A stretch of DNA of 64,000 nt from the NCBI GenBank assembly GCA_964016885.1, contig OZ024742.1, positions 257,300,001 through 257,364,000 of the forward strand, written 5' to 3'. Numbering within the stretch: the first letter of the stretch is position 1; each line of letters begins with the position of its first letter. The notes under the pieces are model-generated. The model did not search any database, had not been told where the DNA came from, and saw nothing but the letters and a program-made list of their open reading frames with translations. A program made the position numbers and the translations under genes. This document shows positions 28,316-43,460 of the stretch, piece by piece. This DNA comes from Eledone cirrhosa (taxonomy: Eukaryota).

Positions 28316-29399
28316 ATATATGCACATACACCTACATGCATACAATTCACTGACGTAGTTCTAATGTTACATCCAATGTTTACGTGTGTATTCCGCTATC
28401 ATTACTTTTTGTCTCTGATCATACTGCTAAGCATCTTGGACAGGCCTCATTTACTGTGACGCAACCCACGCATTATATGCACAATGCTGATGGACGGACC
28501 CTATATTTCAAAAATGAAGCCCTCTTAAACCTAAATGTTGTATGTGTTTCTGAAAAGCTCAGCCACATATATGTTAATATAAAGCTGTCTATTGGTCGAA
28601 AAGCAACAAGATACATCACCAGATGCAGTGCATCTCCATCGAAGTTTTGTGAATAAACACTAGAAAAATGTAGGTTTCCGCGTCTGGTTATTTGAAGAAA
28701 TAAATGTAACTTTTGCTTGAGAAACAAAATGAGAGAGAACATATTCTTGCTGTGAGGAGATCGATTCGTAAATATTTAATCAAAATTGGTAAATATTGAC
28801 TCGGTGAATTACATGTCATTTCTCATAAATCAGAAGAACTTTTTATAAATTTTTGTTTATATATCTCCACTTGCATAAACGGAAAGACCAATGTAATATA
28901 GTAAATTATGAACTGGTGTTGTTAAGCGAAGTAACCGTAAAACAAATGTATCAATGTTCTTTATTAGTTATTGAAAATGATTAATGAATAAAATATACAT
29001 GAGAGAGGGGCGTACGGCACACATAGTATCCATCTTTTTTATCATACATATATGATATATATATATATATATAAATAGAATGTATAGAGTTACAGATACA
29101 TATACATATATAAACATATCTAAATGCGTGCGTGTATATATATATGTATATATATATATATATGTGTGTGTTTGTGTGTGTCTGTGTGTGTGTGTGCGTG
29201 TGTGTGTGTGTATGTGTATTTATATATATATAATGTATGTGTGTGTGTGTATGCATATATATATATATATGTATATAGAGACATACATAAGTTGATAGTT
29301 TAACCCGGTACAATGCGGTAGAAACTACAAATGATGGTCAATGAAACAAAACAAAACAAAGTAATGCTTTACCCAGTGTAATTTGGCATGATAATGTTT

Positions 29400-30800
29400 G
29401 GGCAGTTTGGACGGTGGATATGAAGTGAACGGCGGGGTTGTTTCATCATTGTCTGTCGTGCTTTTTCATCTCAAGGGTATCTCTCCTCACCCACTCAAAC
29501 TATGCTGTGCCCGTTTTCATCGTCTTCCAAAGTTCGGTGTCCTGCGCCTTTGATTCCCAATTGTTGTGGTGCAAGTAACAACGTTAGGGAGTTCGCTGAA
29601 GTTGGCCTTTTCTAGAGCCCCTTAGGTGTAACAAGATGGCATTTTGCTTCACTATAAACAATTTATTTTGGTAGCCTGCATACAAACATGTAATATGTCA
29701 CACACATCGCAAGCGTTGTCCCATTATGGTATTTTGATGTTTCGACTGACAGCTCCGTCGAGTACCGTGATGTTGCTTAATTTATCATGCAACTTGATGT
29801 TCATGATATCCCGAAATTTCTCAGTTAATATGCCTCCAATGTCATTATATATTACCTGTACAAGGTCCGGACCTCACAGACACACAAGTGTGTGGGAAGT
29901 ACCACCATCTTATACAGCGTACCTTTGTTTACCTTCTTAAATCGTTGTTCTGGAAGACTCTCTTGTTAAGTAACCTAAATATAGCATTTGCTATCTAGAT
30001 CCTACATTCGATTCCTTGCTTGATGTTGCATCCTTGGCTAGGACAACTCTAATGTCGGGAAATTGTGACCCGCTCATTAGTCGCCCCCCCCCCCCCATGT
30101 AATCCTGAGTGGGTCAGGTCAGGATTCTAGTCTTATCCAATTTTATTGTGAGGCCAAACCGCTTCTTGCATTAGTATGATTCCCCACAGATCTTTAAATA
30201 ACTTCCACACTACTGACTACAACAGTCTTATCTTCGACAAACTTAAGGTCAGTCACACTGAAGGCTACCTCTATTGTAGAGGTCCCCATCAAATTGGTAG
30301 CGCAGATCTTCTCGGCGTCTATAAGTTAAGACATCAAATATATGTACAAAATCGATGGAGAAAAGAGTAGGTGCTAACACGCAGCCCTGATTTGAGCCAC
30401 ACGTGATCCAAAAGGTTTCGATGGTTTAGTTGTTGTGCAAAACACTGCACACCATATCACCGTGGAATGATCTGATAATGGTTCCCATTGTTGGCGGACA
30501 TCCAAACATTTCTAGTACCTGCCGCATGTCAGTCCTAGTAAAACTGTCAAAAACATGTTTAAGATCATAAATATGATTTAAAGGGGCTTTGTTGTGTCTG
30601 TGCTTTTACTGTTTCTGTCATGAACAAAAGACCCTGTCCATTCTCACTGTGTTGTAGAGGAGTTCACATTGAGACGCTGGCAGTAAGTGTTCTGTTATTA
30701 TTTGCTGGCGTCTAAAGATAATCTTTGTTGAAACCCTTCCTGCTATGGGAGGGATTCCTCTGGCGTGGCCTCACAATCTCTTATCTCCTGTCACTGTATT
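29400..30800 (-). mobile_element. Decayed RTE/BovB-like LINE RT
   Basis: Minus-strand motifs QGCVLAPTLFS (about 30360-30390) and KRFGLTIKLDKT (about 30130-30165). Frameshifted. Confidence 0.75.
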
Positions 30801-31189
30801 ATTTAAGGTTTAGGGTAGTCAAAGTTGTCTGTCAACCTTGGCTTGTGGTCTCCCATGGTAGGACATACGGGGTGGGGTAGCATGTTCGAACGAGCTGCTG
30901 GCATGGGTGGTATATCTACCAATATGTGTGCCTTCTCGCCAACGACTTGAATATGACATATTGATGGTGGCTCTATCTTCCCTACTCACAGGTCCATATA
31001 TTTGTGAAATATGTGAGACGCAGTGACGATACATGCTGATTACGGAATCATGCCGTCGTAAGGCCCTGCAACTGTATGATCCGAGACTATCCATAATGAA
31101 ATTATGGCTGTTTAATTTGTAGCACACCAGTATATATGGTGCCCAGAATAACACCCTTAACACAGCAACCGGAGAAACTACAACTGCAG

Positions 31190-32220
31190 ACATCCTAGCA
31201 ATTGTCCATTATCGGGTAAATATTTGTACACAAACATAATTTACCAGTGTGCGGTCAAATGTAAACTGGGAATATATACACATGTGGGTGCCACTTCGAA
31301 TAATTTCCAAAAGAGATGGTATGGGAACACTCACACGTTTAAAAACTCCAGTTTAGGTACATCTACGACCCTGGCGAAACAAATCTGGGATCTGAAGAGA
31401 GCGAATGTTGAATACATACTATAATGGTCAATGTTGAAATACGCCAGTCCATACCGGAATGAGAGACGCCCTTGTGAGTTATATTTGGCGGACGTAATTG
31501 AAATAGCGACGGGAGAGGACCTTCGAAATTCCCAGCATGATAGGATATATGATTGCAAACAGTAAGCTCTAAAACCTTCACTAAATACAAACTGGACAAG
31601 AACAACATTCGATGCTTAATACCTAGATTTTACTACATCTTATTTAGTACATTTCTTGTGGCATTTGAACTGTTCACATCTAGCAACATAATTCAGTAAT
31701 ATTTAAAAGAATCTCTTTTTCTTAATTCCTTTCCCCACTACATATTCTACCCTACACATAATTTTTACCCACTCCTTTTCTTACTTCTTTTTATACCTTC
31801 TGTACCCTCCCGACAATATATGGTAAACATCAAAACCTTCACCCATAAAAATGGTCAATGAAAAATTGTTCCACATCACAGCACACAGATTGATAATGTA
31901 AAACTCTTTACCCCCACTCCCCCTCCTCTCTACTACTACACTGAGTGTATTTCATTCTATTTTCATTATCATTTTAACCTATTTACATTTTCTTAAACAA
32001 AAAATCCCATTGCTGAATTCTATCACGTAGTTAATAGTCACCTCCACTATTATAGGCTGTCTGATGAAGTGTGATAAATAATTATGTATTGCATATGATT
32101 GAACAATATATACTGTAGTCAGCATATGTAGACGATCATAATAGAAGAAAAACATATGCTAAAGCAAATCATTTCCTAATCTCGTTCACAACAACGTTAT
32201 ATTTTTTCCTAGTGCAATGC
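31190..32220 (+). mobile_element. Decayed PLE GIY-YIG 3' fragment
   Basis: ORF 31224..31424 reads NIIYQCAVK..THVGATSNNFQKRWYGN..TTLAKQIWDLK. A ctgatgaag remnant lies at 32061. Confidence 0.75.
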
Positions 32221-32230
32221 TATATATATA

Positions 32231-32452
32231 TAATAGGCTTATGTTGAAACGTCAGTGTTATTATTATCCCGCGATGCGAATAGCTATTTATATATTAACA
32301 TAATTCTATAATCCACAATCGTGTCACTACGTCATAGAAATTATATATATATATATTCCCCCCCTCCCCTCACACACACACACACTCTCAAGAGCGTGAA
32401 ACTAATAAACATTTGTTCGTACTGCCTCTCTGTTTTATTCCCGTTCCATTTT

Positions 32453-32502
<50 letters not shown>

Positions 32503-32744
32503 AGAGAGCGAGAGAGAGAGGGATTAAAGCATGTCCAGAGAATTATTTGATAATATATATACTTCATCTCTACTCCCAATCAGCATATATATATTATCAA
32601 ATAATTCTCTGGACATGCTTTACTCTATCGTATGTCGCTCTGATTAATTTATTAATTCTCCATTGAGCCACATCGTGAAAAGTTGCAAAAACACATATAT
32701 ACCTGTGACTTTGTTTAATTGTTGTATGTGTAAAAATATATATA

Positions 32745-32817
<73 letters not shown>

Positions 32818-32984
32818 CGAAGGAGGTGTGGTAAGGAACCAGATGGACCATAACGCACCAGAGTAATCAATAGTTATGGTAGTAGAGTGGGTAATAGGAA
32901 CATGTTCAACCCCGACGGCAGAGCTCAGAATCAAGAAATAGCCGTCGAAACGACTTGAACTCTGCCGTCGGGGTTAAACATTTT

Positions 32985-33046
<62 letters not shown>

Positions 33047-33271
33047 ACAATAGAACGGGAATAAAACAGAGAGGCAGTACGAACAAATGTTTATTAGGTT
33101 CACGCTCTTAAGAGAGTGTGTGTGTGGGGGGGGGGGGGGGGGGCAATATATATATATAATTTCTATGACGTAGTCCCACGATTGTGGATTATAGAATTAT
33201 GTTAATATATGAATAGCTATTCGCATCGCGGAATAATAATAACACTGACGTTTCAATATAAGCCTATTATA
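32231..33271. repeat. About 220-bp inverted repeat enclosing microsatellites and a copy of the short fold-back element (32815-32990)
   Basis: 32231-32450 is the near-exact reverse complement of 33049-33271. Confidence 0.88.
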
Positions 33272-36200
33272 ACACCCCCTGTTTCCCGGCTCTTCTTACA
33301 AACATTAATTGCCATGTATGATCTCTGACAATCATTTGGCCATAGAATATAGGAACACATATCCTAATATGGTCTTCTCACGTTAGAATATATATCATTC
33401 ACTTTTGATGATGCGTGTTTCAGTTGTTCCATCATTAAATTTATGAGCCTGTCTCTGATCGTTCCTCAGACATAGGAAACTTGACTCGGTCTTTGTTATA
33501 TTCAGCGTAATTAATATGTAACAATATTTACCTTTTGCATCATAAGTGTAACTCATGATTGCTGACTATGTGGACTGGAGAAGCCTAAAGTAAATTGTCT
33601 TGCTCAAGGACACATGTATTGAACGCATCACCGAACAATTATATCACGCAAATGCATGCCTTTATTTGAGTTTATTGTAGAACATATTAGTTAAAACGTT
33701 TCAGTATATCGTATTTTACATTAATAATCATACACCAAACAGTCGTTATAATTTAATTGAGTGTTTCCTATATTTCAATAGGGCTGCGCTGTCTCTATCT
33801 GGGATGCTGATTCTCATTAGGCACCATGGTAACATTGCAGGTATCACTAGACTAGAAAATTATTCAGGATATGGAATATATTCATATAATGGATAGCTTG
33901 TTTGAATATTGATAGTGAGATCTATTACTCGGTCTTGTCACATTTATTTCATGTTGCACAAGTCCACTCAGTTGGGAATCGTATATTGTATCTGTAATTA
34001 CAAGCATTAGTTTTGTCACACATTGTCACGCTGATTCTCTCTCAGAAGTGTAACCCGATATGTGAAGTGCTTAGGCACATGAGTGTTACATTGATTGGAC
34101 AAGCGGAAAGAGCCTCATCGGAATCAGCGGAAGACCAAACGCCACAACAACTATACACCTTCAGATTTTCGTGTTCGAGGCCAATTAATGGGAAGTGCAG
34201 GATGATATAGACGTTTATTTCTAATGAGATTAAAGTTGAACCTCACACACCACTGACATTTTTCTTCGTTCGACCGCCTGAATTTTATTTCATGTCTGTT
34301 CACATCTATCCTTCATAATTTATATTGAACATGAAAATGGAATTATTTCTATAAACGTTAATATTTGTATTAAATTGTTCAAATCTGATTCCGATATTGC
34401 GTATTGAACAGAATCATAATAAACATTTACGTTTCTTTTTCCGAATGAGAAATGTTTGAAAATACTAGAGCATATGTCTCCCACGGCATTGCAAGTTAAT
34501 GTAATTTAAGAAATATATTAAATTCCGACAAAGACAATCACTATTTTCCTGGAGCTCTAATATATATTTGATAAATTAGGAAATGTAGGAACTACATTTT
34601 TTTTCCGGAGTAAATAGTATTTTCGTTACCAAAACTATGTATTGTGTTACAATCGAAGGTTGAAACATATAGTGTGTGTGTTTGTGGGAGGAGGGGCTGT
34701 TGGATCTCAGTCGAGGGTTCCAATTGTTTGATAAACGTTAGGTATTAAGCATAAAAGTGAATTGCAAGTGGTGTGAGTATTCCACAATAACATAATTCTC
34801 AGTGTTATAGTATGTGGCATGCCCGGCTCTTTGCTGTTGTATTTACGACTCAATCTTCTAGTTGCGCGTACAGGACAACATGAAAGAAAATTAAATATTC
34901 TCGAACTTGTAAACTTAAGATCGTCAATTGGTTGGAAATTCCAGCCACTACACGAGGACCAGCACAGGACAGTAACACTGAACGTTCTATATCTAAAAAC
35001 ATACCATACAGTTGGTCAAACTAATCAGTTACGCACATCAACCACTTGCCCACACCAAACAGATGCTCGGATCAAACATCTGCTCCAACGAACCAGTCAT
35101 CAACAACACACAGTAACCCACATGATAGAGATACCCACATCAACAATTTCCCCACACATTAAACATTTACCCACAACAACTAATAAACCATGCGAAACAG
35201 TTGCTCGCACTAAAGTGTTACCTACGCTAAAAAGTTACCTACACCAAACTTTTGCCCACAACAAATACTTACCCACAATATATATTTACCACGTTTAAAC
35301 AGTTACCCATCCTAAAGTGTTCCCCACTCTAAAGAGTTGCTCATTTAAACATATTTGCTAATACCAATCACAAAAACGCCAATGGAAGCAGCGAACTCTA
35401 CACGCTCCTCATCTATTCGTACAGATATACTGATGTTCACCAGATGCAGTATAGGAGCCTATATTTGGTGACACCAATGCCGCCCCAGTTGTTGTTTCTA
35501 GAAAACACAGATTTTGCAAAACAGCTATGTGAAAGCGCAGGGTTTAAAGGTTAGCATATTCACCTTACGATCATAGTGTCATGATTTCCAATAATCCATA
35601 GTGACCTGTATATCAGGAATACACATCATTTCATATAAACTTGTAAATATGAGTTTTTCATCTAAATGAAAAAAATCAGGCTTCTCACACAACTTGTCAG
35701 TATGGATCACCCGGAGAATTACGTTTAGTGTTCACGTATCATTTGAATGCTTAGTAGTTTTCGTAAGTTGCATCAACGAGAAGACACGTCCTCGTACTGG
35801 AAAAAAATTAGTTGCATGTTCTCTCAGTCATGATTTAATATAAGATATCTCTCTACGCAGATTTTGAAGCTGAAGAATCTTGGGAATTGACAGAAGAAGA
35901 AACATGTATACAGAATACGTGAGGCTTGCGATAAAGTGAAACAGTGCTTGTATATATGTGTGTGTGTATGTGTGTCTGTGTGCGCGCGCGTACACGTGTG
36001 TGTGAATGTCGTATATCTAAATATATACAGTATGAGTAACAATATACACTTTAAGAGTCTCAGTTACGTCAGAGCTAAATTCTAATTCTATTTAATTGGA
36101 GCCAACTTATACAGCTTCGTGTGCTAATGAGGCTATTCACCCCACTTTCACAGGCGAAAATAAAGACTATATGTGTTTGCCAGTCTCAAAGTCCAGCAGT

Positions 36201-36407
36201 ATGCAAAGAGAAGAATTGTCCTTGCAAGGAACAATTAGGTTGAAATGCTAGACATTACCACACTTCCTTCTCCTTGATTCTACTAGAATCTCGTGGCCTT
36301 CTATTCACAACTGAGATTTTCAAAATATATATTGTTTAAACATACCGTATGTCGATAGGAGAACACATCTCGCATACATGAATAGATACAGCTATTTCGA
36401 AGCTTAA

Positions 36408-36538
<131 letters not shown>

Positions 36539-36539
36539 A

Positions 36540-37549
36540 GATCTTTCTCTCCATTATTATGAAGTATTTTCCCCCTACACATAAATATAGTAAATTTTTT
36601 AATAGAAATACTATTAAAAGTTCTTACTCTACGACTCCTAACCTTGCACATAACATCACAGCTTCAAATTTAGCTAAACTACCTAGACGTAGGAACACGT
36701 GCAACCCTGTAGATAGTACTAACTGTAATTGTAGGAAACGGGTTGACTGCGCCCTATCCGGGAAATGCCTCTCTCGTAACATTGTCTACAAATGTAAGGT
36801 TGAAACACCCACGTCCCGTAGGGCTTACATAGGGTTAACCGCCAATAGATTCAAGCAGCGTCTTTACATGCATACCCATTCTTTTCGGTACCCTTTAAGA
36901 AGGAAGATGACGTCACTTTCAGCTTATATCTGGAGTTTAAAAGACAACCAGACCCAATATCAGTTACACTGATGGATCCTAGCTAAGGCTAGATGGTATA
37001 ACGCAAATAAAAGACCATGTGACGTCTGCGCCGATTAGACCCTGGAAATACTCTACGCCAAAGACCACATCTTAAACAAAAAATCTGAGGCAATTTCGGC
37101 TTGTAAACATAAATTACACAAAGCTTTCCTGTATTACAGCCTCACATTATACCCTAACGGATAGTACGAACTATACGCGGATATTTTACGTCTTGATGTG
37201 ATAGCTAAGTATATGTTTGTTTATACCATTACTTATTTGTATAGGTAATATTACCTGTATGTTTTGTGAATGTACGTATACTTTCTCGTACGTATATTTG
37301 ATTGTATATGTTATGGCGTATATATTAATTTTTCTGGTACATATGCTTTTGGTTATGTGTATACGTGAGTTTTGCCTCTGTGTGAGTATGCCGGTTCGTA
37401 CGTATGTAGGGTGTGTGTATATGTGTACTTCGTGTTTTGATTGACGTACGTCTCCGAACATAAGTTTATTTACATGTTGGTTTGGGTATGCGCTTGTTAT
37501 ATACGTATTTATTTATTTATATACGTTTATATGATTATATGTATACACG

Positions 37550-37580
<31 letters not shown>

Positions 37581-38268
37581 TTTATATATATTCTTATGTG
37601 TATTTAGTGTATACATTCGTATGCGTGCGGGTACAAGCGTTGCGTGGGTTCTGTATGTGCGTGCGTTTTTTTATTTTGTTTGTGTACCTGCGTGTATTTG
37701 TATACCTATGGCGAGTGGTTTCGCGTATGCTTGTCTATGTTCATATATGGATGCGTGTATGTGTTTATTTAATTCATTTACCTCTGTATTTTATTTACTT
37801 TATTCTTAACTCTGAAGCCGAGAATCTTTCGGTTTCCTAGTTAGAATTTTAGTCTACGACTTCAGTTATACCATTTACGTGGTTTTGTCTTAGCGTGCAA
37901 TTGTTCTCCCCGCTCCACATGTGACGTATTATATTCGTTGTTTTCGTTCATTGCTAGAGAACGTCTCTATGAACCCCCTAATAGAATATTAGTCTACGAC
38001 TTCTTTTATACCATAAACGTGGTTTTGTCTTTGCGTGTAATTGTTTTTCACCACTCCAAATAATCACATATTATATTCGTTATTTCCCGTTCTTTGCTAG
38101 GGAACGTTTCCACGAACCAACGTATCGTCTTCCTGTCTTCCTCCGGTTGCAACATTTTTTGAAATATTCATTTCTGCGTTCACAGATTGACTTTGTTAGT
38201 TTCAGAAGATCCCGTTAAGGGTGAAAGCAGCGATTATTTGCTTAAACTTTAATCTGTTATTTTAATAA

Positions 38269-38270
<2 letters not shown>
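36540..38270 (+). mobile_element. 5'-truncated PLE: thumb end, Cys linker, GIY-YIG, and 3' tail with an about 140-bp tandem duplication (about 37843-38118) and a degenerate HHR at 38203-38226
   Basis: ORF 36559..36972 reads [60 protein letters not shown]. Flanked by (TA)n on both sides. Confidence 0.9.
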
Positions 38271-38308
<38 letters not shown>

Positions 38309-39728
38309 CATTCAAAGTGTTATTTGTCATGTTTGAGATAATCTCGAACATGTGTCATGTCTCCTAAAATAAGCTCAAAGAAAAAAACTCAAAGAATAAA
38401 TCCGAACATTTAATCATTACAAAATTGTGAATGACATATTTACACACACAAATATTTAATGATATGAAATTATAATAGAACTTATCAAACTTTAACAAGA
38501 CACAATCTGTATAGAATATAAGAATACATAGTTCGTTACAGTATCATATTAAACTTTAACAAAAATTTGAAATATATATGCACAGTTTCGTTACATTTCA
38601 TGTTCCTTACCTAATTAGTTATACTTCTTCTATTCGTATTTGTATATTCACCTTGTCATTTGAAAATGTTTTCGCGACAAGGATATTTCTATGTCGGAAT
38701 ATTTTGTAATTGAAAATAGAATTTCCTCGTTTATAAGTAAGCACTCTTTAATATTCTCACTTTAGCGATTATTCTATGGTATTACTTTTGAATCTCACAC
38801 CCAGACAACAAAACATCGTATTGTTAAACCGCCCACAAACGCTATATTTATATTCGTTCCATGACTATAATTATTTCCGACAAATTTTCTCAATGATTAT
38901 AGTTATTCGTATGTTTTTCCAGTTTAATCTATATTGACTCTACACGTTGCTATTTTTATAACATTCATATAACCTCTAATGTTTACTTAGTTCCATAAAC
39001 CTATTATTTAAAATAGTGAAATCGTTTATTTGTTTTAGATAAATTAAATTATATATTCCTTATTCAAACGCATTTGGGGATTTCTAATCTCCGATTTATG
39101 TAGAATTAATTATAGAATTAGTTTCTAACACCTAAACCTGATATGGTACAAATTAATTTCTCTTAGATCTGCAACAAAAACCGTTTTAAATATTAACTCA
39201 AATTCTTCATAATTATTTCATATGATTAGAATTTTGTATTTGTAATTTAGTTAATGGTCATTTTTAAATAACTCATACCGTTCTTTGACTTTTTTATTGG
39301 ATATTCCCACCCAGAAGATCGTTACAGTTTATTAAATACGGGATGTTATGCAAATAATTTCAGATTCTATCACAACTTGAAATTGTTTATTCATTCGCAC
39401 CATTAATTGCAAACATAATCACATTATTCCATACGCATCGATTTCTTTCTTCCTAAATGATAATAGAAATTAAAAGATAAGTTATTATATGAACTTTTGT
39501 TATGGTGGATAATGATAGAGCATGTGTAGAGTGTCAGAACAATTATTTGTGGCACATAGTTACGTTCTGAAGTTAAAAAGCTGCCGAGGTGAACTTTGCA
39601 TTTTACTTGTATGGATTTCATAATATAACGTACCGGTAAGACACCAATGTCGATTTAATCAACTGTTCCCTGTCTCAAAATTGTTGACCTTGTACGTAAA
39701 CCAGAAACCATTGTTTTGTATTTAGTTC

Positions 39729-39840
39729 AGGCGGGAGATAAACAGTATCGGTAGAGCGTCAGACAACAGGCTTCGTTGCATACAGTTACATAACTTACGT
39801 GCTGAATTCAAAATCCACCGAGGTTAAATTTGTCTTATTC
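39729..39840 (+). mobile_element. Decayed octopus-type SINE; related pieces at about 40793-40897 (-), 46984-47080 and 48884-49025 (+)
   Basis: Shared motif gaattcaaa(t)tccgc/acc.aggttaa.tttg.ctt..cc...cg....gataaa. Mutual similarity is seen within the window. The family assignment is from recall. Confidence 0.6.
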
Positions 39841-40282
39841 TCAACAAGTATGGCAGAACAAAGGAAATGCATAAAATAAAGAAAATATAGTCAATGAGGA
39901 GGTCGCAGAATGTGTGACGAAAGAGCTTTGACAATATGTAAACTACCATCCGGTTATCGAACCAACTATCCAACCAACCGGAAACCTATAATAAATTGAA
40001 TTGAAATGCCTAAGGAGCGCATGTTTTTATTGAGAGCATGACCCTCCCAAAGTATGACAATATATGTTTCAACATACGTTTTCAGATAGTAAATCTTGCA
40101 AAACAAATTCAAAAACGAAGTATATATATATATATATATATATACAGATAATGGGTGGAGATACATCCCAGCAAGGATATATGTCTACGAATAGATCGAC
40201 ATCTATCTCTCAATACACAAACATACACACGTACACATACACACACGCACACACGCACACGCACACACACACCCACACACAC

Positions 40283-40336
<54 letters not shown>

Positions 40337-40489
40337 GTGTGTATATATATATATGTAGAGAGAGAGATTTTGATTGCTGCTTCTTATCAGAAGAGTTCCA
40401 TCTCATTCTAGATATTGTTCGATTATGAACACGCGAGTGGAAATATTCTCGGCCCGGAAGTATTCTCGAAACTCTGCCACAGATTTATG

Positions 40490-40760
40490 ATGAAAGCAAA
40501 ATTCTGAAACTAGTCAGTAGTCTCACATACCTTAGATCACCTGTATCTAATGATGCAAATCTTGTCAGGGAAAATACAATACGCATAAGAAAGGCAAGTT
40601 CAAGTTTTGGTAAACTTCATAGTTGACTCACGTTATGTCAATTAAAATGAAAATTGATATCCATAAAACTTTTGTTCTTACAGCCCTCACTTATAAGGCT
40701 GAATGCTGAAAACCTTATAACACACACACATCATATTAGCAGTTTTCCGGATGAGTTAAC
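40490..40760 (+). mobile_element. Short RTE-type LINE remnant
   Basis: Reads VSSLTYLRSPVSNDANLVRENTIRIRKASSSFGKL, resembling the RTE F.YLGS.....D.EI..RI.KA..AFG.L motif. Confidence 0.65.
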
Positions 40761-40897
40761 TAAAGCATTGAGTGAATAGACTAAAACATAATTGTTTCTA
40801 CTTTTGGCACAAGGACAGCAATTATCCTAGTACATTACTGGTACTTTATTTTATCAACCCCGTAAGGATGAAAGGTAAAGTGAACCTCAGTGGAATC

Positions 40898-43460
40898 TGT
40901 TTTTCTCCAACTGAACACAGTCATTTATGCTGATAAGGTCTCTTCCACCTTCAGATCTCTTTAAGTAGAGTCTATCAACATCACTCCTCTTGTGAAACAT
41001 GTTTTAGATAGTCATTAGCTTCCTAGTCTTCCTATCCATTTCTTTTTGTTCAGCAACATTCCATCTCAGAATTCCCGCATTGTACCTAATAATAGACACA
41101 GCTCAGTAATTTACTGCACTTCTGACATTCCTACTATTTAGATGTGGTTTTAATACGTTCATTACTCTCCTTATGTATTCAGATCTTTTCAATTCCTTCA
41201 TTTTCTTTTTTTTGTTTTTGATGTCATCTGCTTCCAGGCCACCTAAATATTTGAATCCCTCTTCAGTGTCAATTTCCTTTATTATCTAACCTGTTGGTAC
41301 CTGGATACCGTTGTTTCTGTTCAATTTACCTGTCTTCATCACTAGAACTCCACACTTATTAACACCAAATTCCATACATATATCACTGCTGAAAATACAG
41401 ACAGTGTCAACAAGTACAACCAACTCCTCACTCTTCCCAAAGAGTTTAAGCTCGTCCATGAAGAGGAGGTGGTTGATGGTAAACTCACCTCTTCCCAACT
41501 TGTATCCTGCTCTCATATTTCGCAATATGACGGACAGGGTATCAGGGCAAGGACAAACAACAAAGGGGACAAACTATCTCACTGGAAGATACCTCTCTTG
41601 ATCTTCACCCCTCCCAAGGATTCTCCACCTGATGTTAACCCTGTTTCCCAGGACGTCATACTTTTTCTTAATAGCTGTCTGATGTTATCTGCCACCTTGA
41701 AAATCTCTAGGCTTTTGGTTATCCAAGAATGAGGTACCATTTCGAAAGCCTTTTTGTAATCAATCTATTCCATGACAAGACCAGTGTGCCTCCTCTTACA
41801 ATTCCTCATTCGCATCTTATCAATAAGTAACTTGTATTTTGTACCACAAGACTTCTTTCGGCATCCTTTCTGTTCCTCCGATAACAAGTTGTTTATGTGG
41901 AGGTGATAGTAGATTTTCACAGACACAATGCTTGTTAACAGTTTCCACATTACGGACTGACATGTGATAGACCTATAGTTGGTAACATCATTACCCTTGA
42001 TTCGGTCTTTCATTACCAGAACTGTGGTACCTTTTGTCAACCACTCTGGGACTTCACCCGGCATAAAACAGTCATTGAACATGGTTGTCAGTTTTGGGTG
42101 GCGGGATGTTATATTTGTAATCCAATACCCTTGCACACCATCTGGGCGTGGTGATTTCCAGTTGGTTAGTTTTGGGGCCTGCCCTTTAAGTGTTTCAACT
42201 GTGATACTCAAATCAGGTTGTTGGGGTGCTTGTTCACTAATCTCCTTTTGAACTGTCTCAATCCACACTGCCTCGCTATTATGTTCAACATCCTGCTCCC
42301 ATATTTCTCTCCAGAATGTCTTAGCCTGTTCCGCCTCAGGGATCACGTCGTTGCCTCTTTCTTTCCCTTCAAGCTGTTCAAAGAACATCTGGTTGTTGTC
42401 AAACATGCCGTCCTGTCTATACTGACTAATTATATTCTCATACCACCTAATCTTCGCATTTCTTGTTCTATGATAACACTTAGCTCTTTTCCCCTAATTT
42501 TGTATTTTATTTTCAATCTATCTTTAGTGTCTATGTTTTGTAATGTATTTTCTCATTTCCTTGATTTAAACATTTAGTCGTTTCTTCCACCAAGGTTCTG
42601 ATCTTTCTTGATTGTTGTTTCCTCTCTTTTTTATACCAATTAATTTCTTCACCACATTTTGAAGATATTGTTGCATTGGTGAATGTTCCTTGCCTCTAGG
42701 TATGGGATGACCTTGTTTACCTTAGGTGACGTTTCTTTTAACTTTTTCCTGTCTACAAATCTTAAGTTCATATGTTTTCCACTATCATTGTTCATTTCAT
42801 CTACCACTAAGTTCAGGATATCAACCAAATCTTTCCCTAGCTCGTCAGCATTCATTTCCTCAATGGCCGTATCTTTGCTCCAGATGTTATTTATTTCAGC
42901 ATTCAGATCATTGTCTGCTTTGGATGAATCCTCAGGTCTTTCAACTTCTTCACCTTCATTGCCTACTGGCCCATTTGTCTGATATACTCCACTCTCCATT
43001 TCCAACTTAATCTCTATGTTCAGTTCCTCCAGTTCCAACTCGCTTATCCATCCATTAGTTCTTATTACACGAGCCTGTCCGGCTAATTGTTGTTCATCTA
43101 ATTTAAATAGATCAATCTCGTTCCAGATGTTATGCATCCGTTTCCTATATCCTTTTTCCATTGGGTTACCCTTCAGGTAACATTTCATGACAGTTCTATT
43201 CTATTCTTTGTCCATTTGGTTCTTGTGCCATTCCTTCTTCTTCCTCCAGCACCAGCAGTATTTGGATGACAGCCAGGTCACTGCTCATGCGCCAGGGAAC
43301 ATTTGCTGGGTGAGAGTCCTTCACATGAAGTAACTGTCTCCTTTTCACCGTTATTCGAACTGTTTAGGTTCGACATTTAAACACTCATATCGAGGACTGG
43401 TGTATTTATCGTTACATCACCACCGGTGTATTTAGCGTGGCCCCATCACGTTGTAGACGA
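40898..43460 (-). mobile_element. R4/Dong-clade non-LTR retrotransposon, 5' two-thirds, decayed
   Basis: N-terminal GYRKRMHNIW..EQQLAGQARVIRTNGWISELELEE. RT motifs NWKSPRPDGVQGYW, PEWLTKGTTVL, EEQKGCRKKS, INHLLFMDELKLF. Multiple stops and frameshifts. Confidence 0.9.

Noticed and set aside
33782-34210. Possible host exons (ag|ggctgc..gcag|gt at 33782-33839; ctctcag|aagtgt.. at about 34046-34210)
   Set aside because: Splice-like dinucleotides only, with no recognisable protein. RNA-seq would be needed.
35140-35350. Degenerate about 18-nt repeats (ttacccac..taaa) and a 159-aa ORF
   Set aside because: A decayed minisatellite; too irregular to assign a unit or function.
43380-43460. Possible HDV-like ribozyme at the 5' end of the R4 element
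   Set aside because: A tcctcg loop-like motif is present on the minus strand, but I could not pair P1 and P2.
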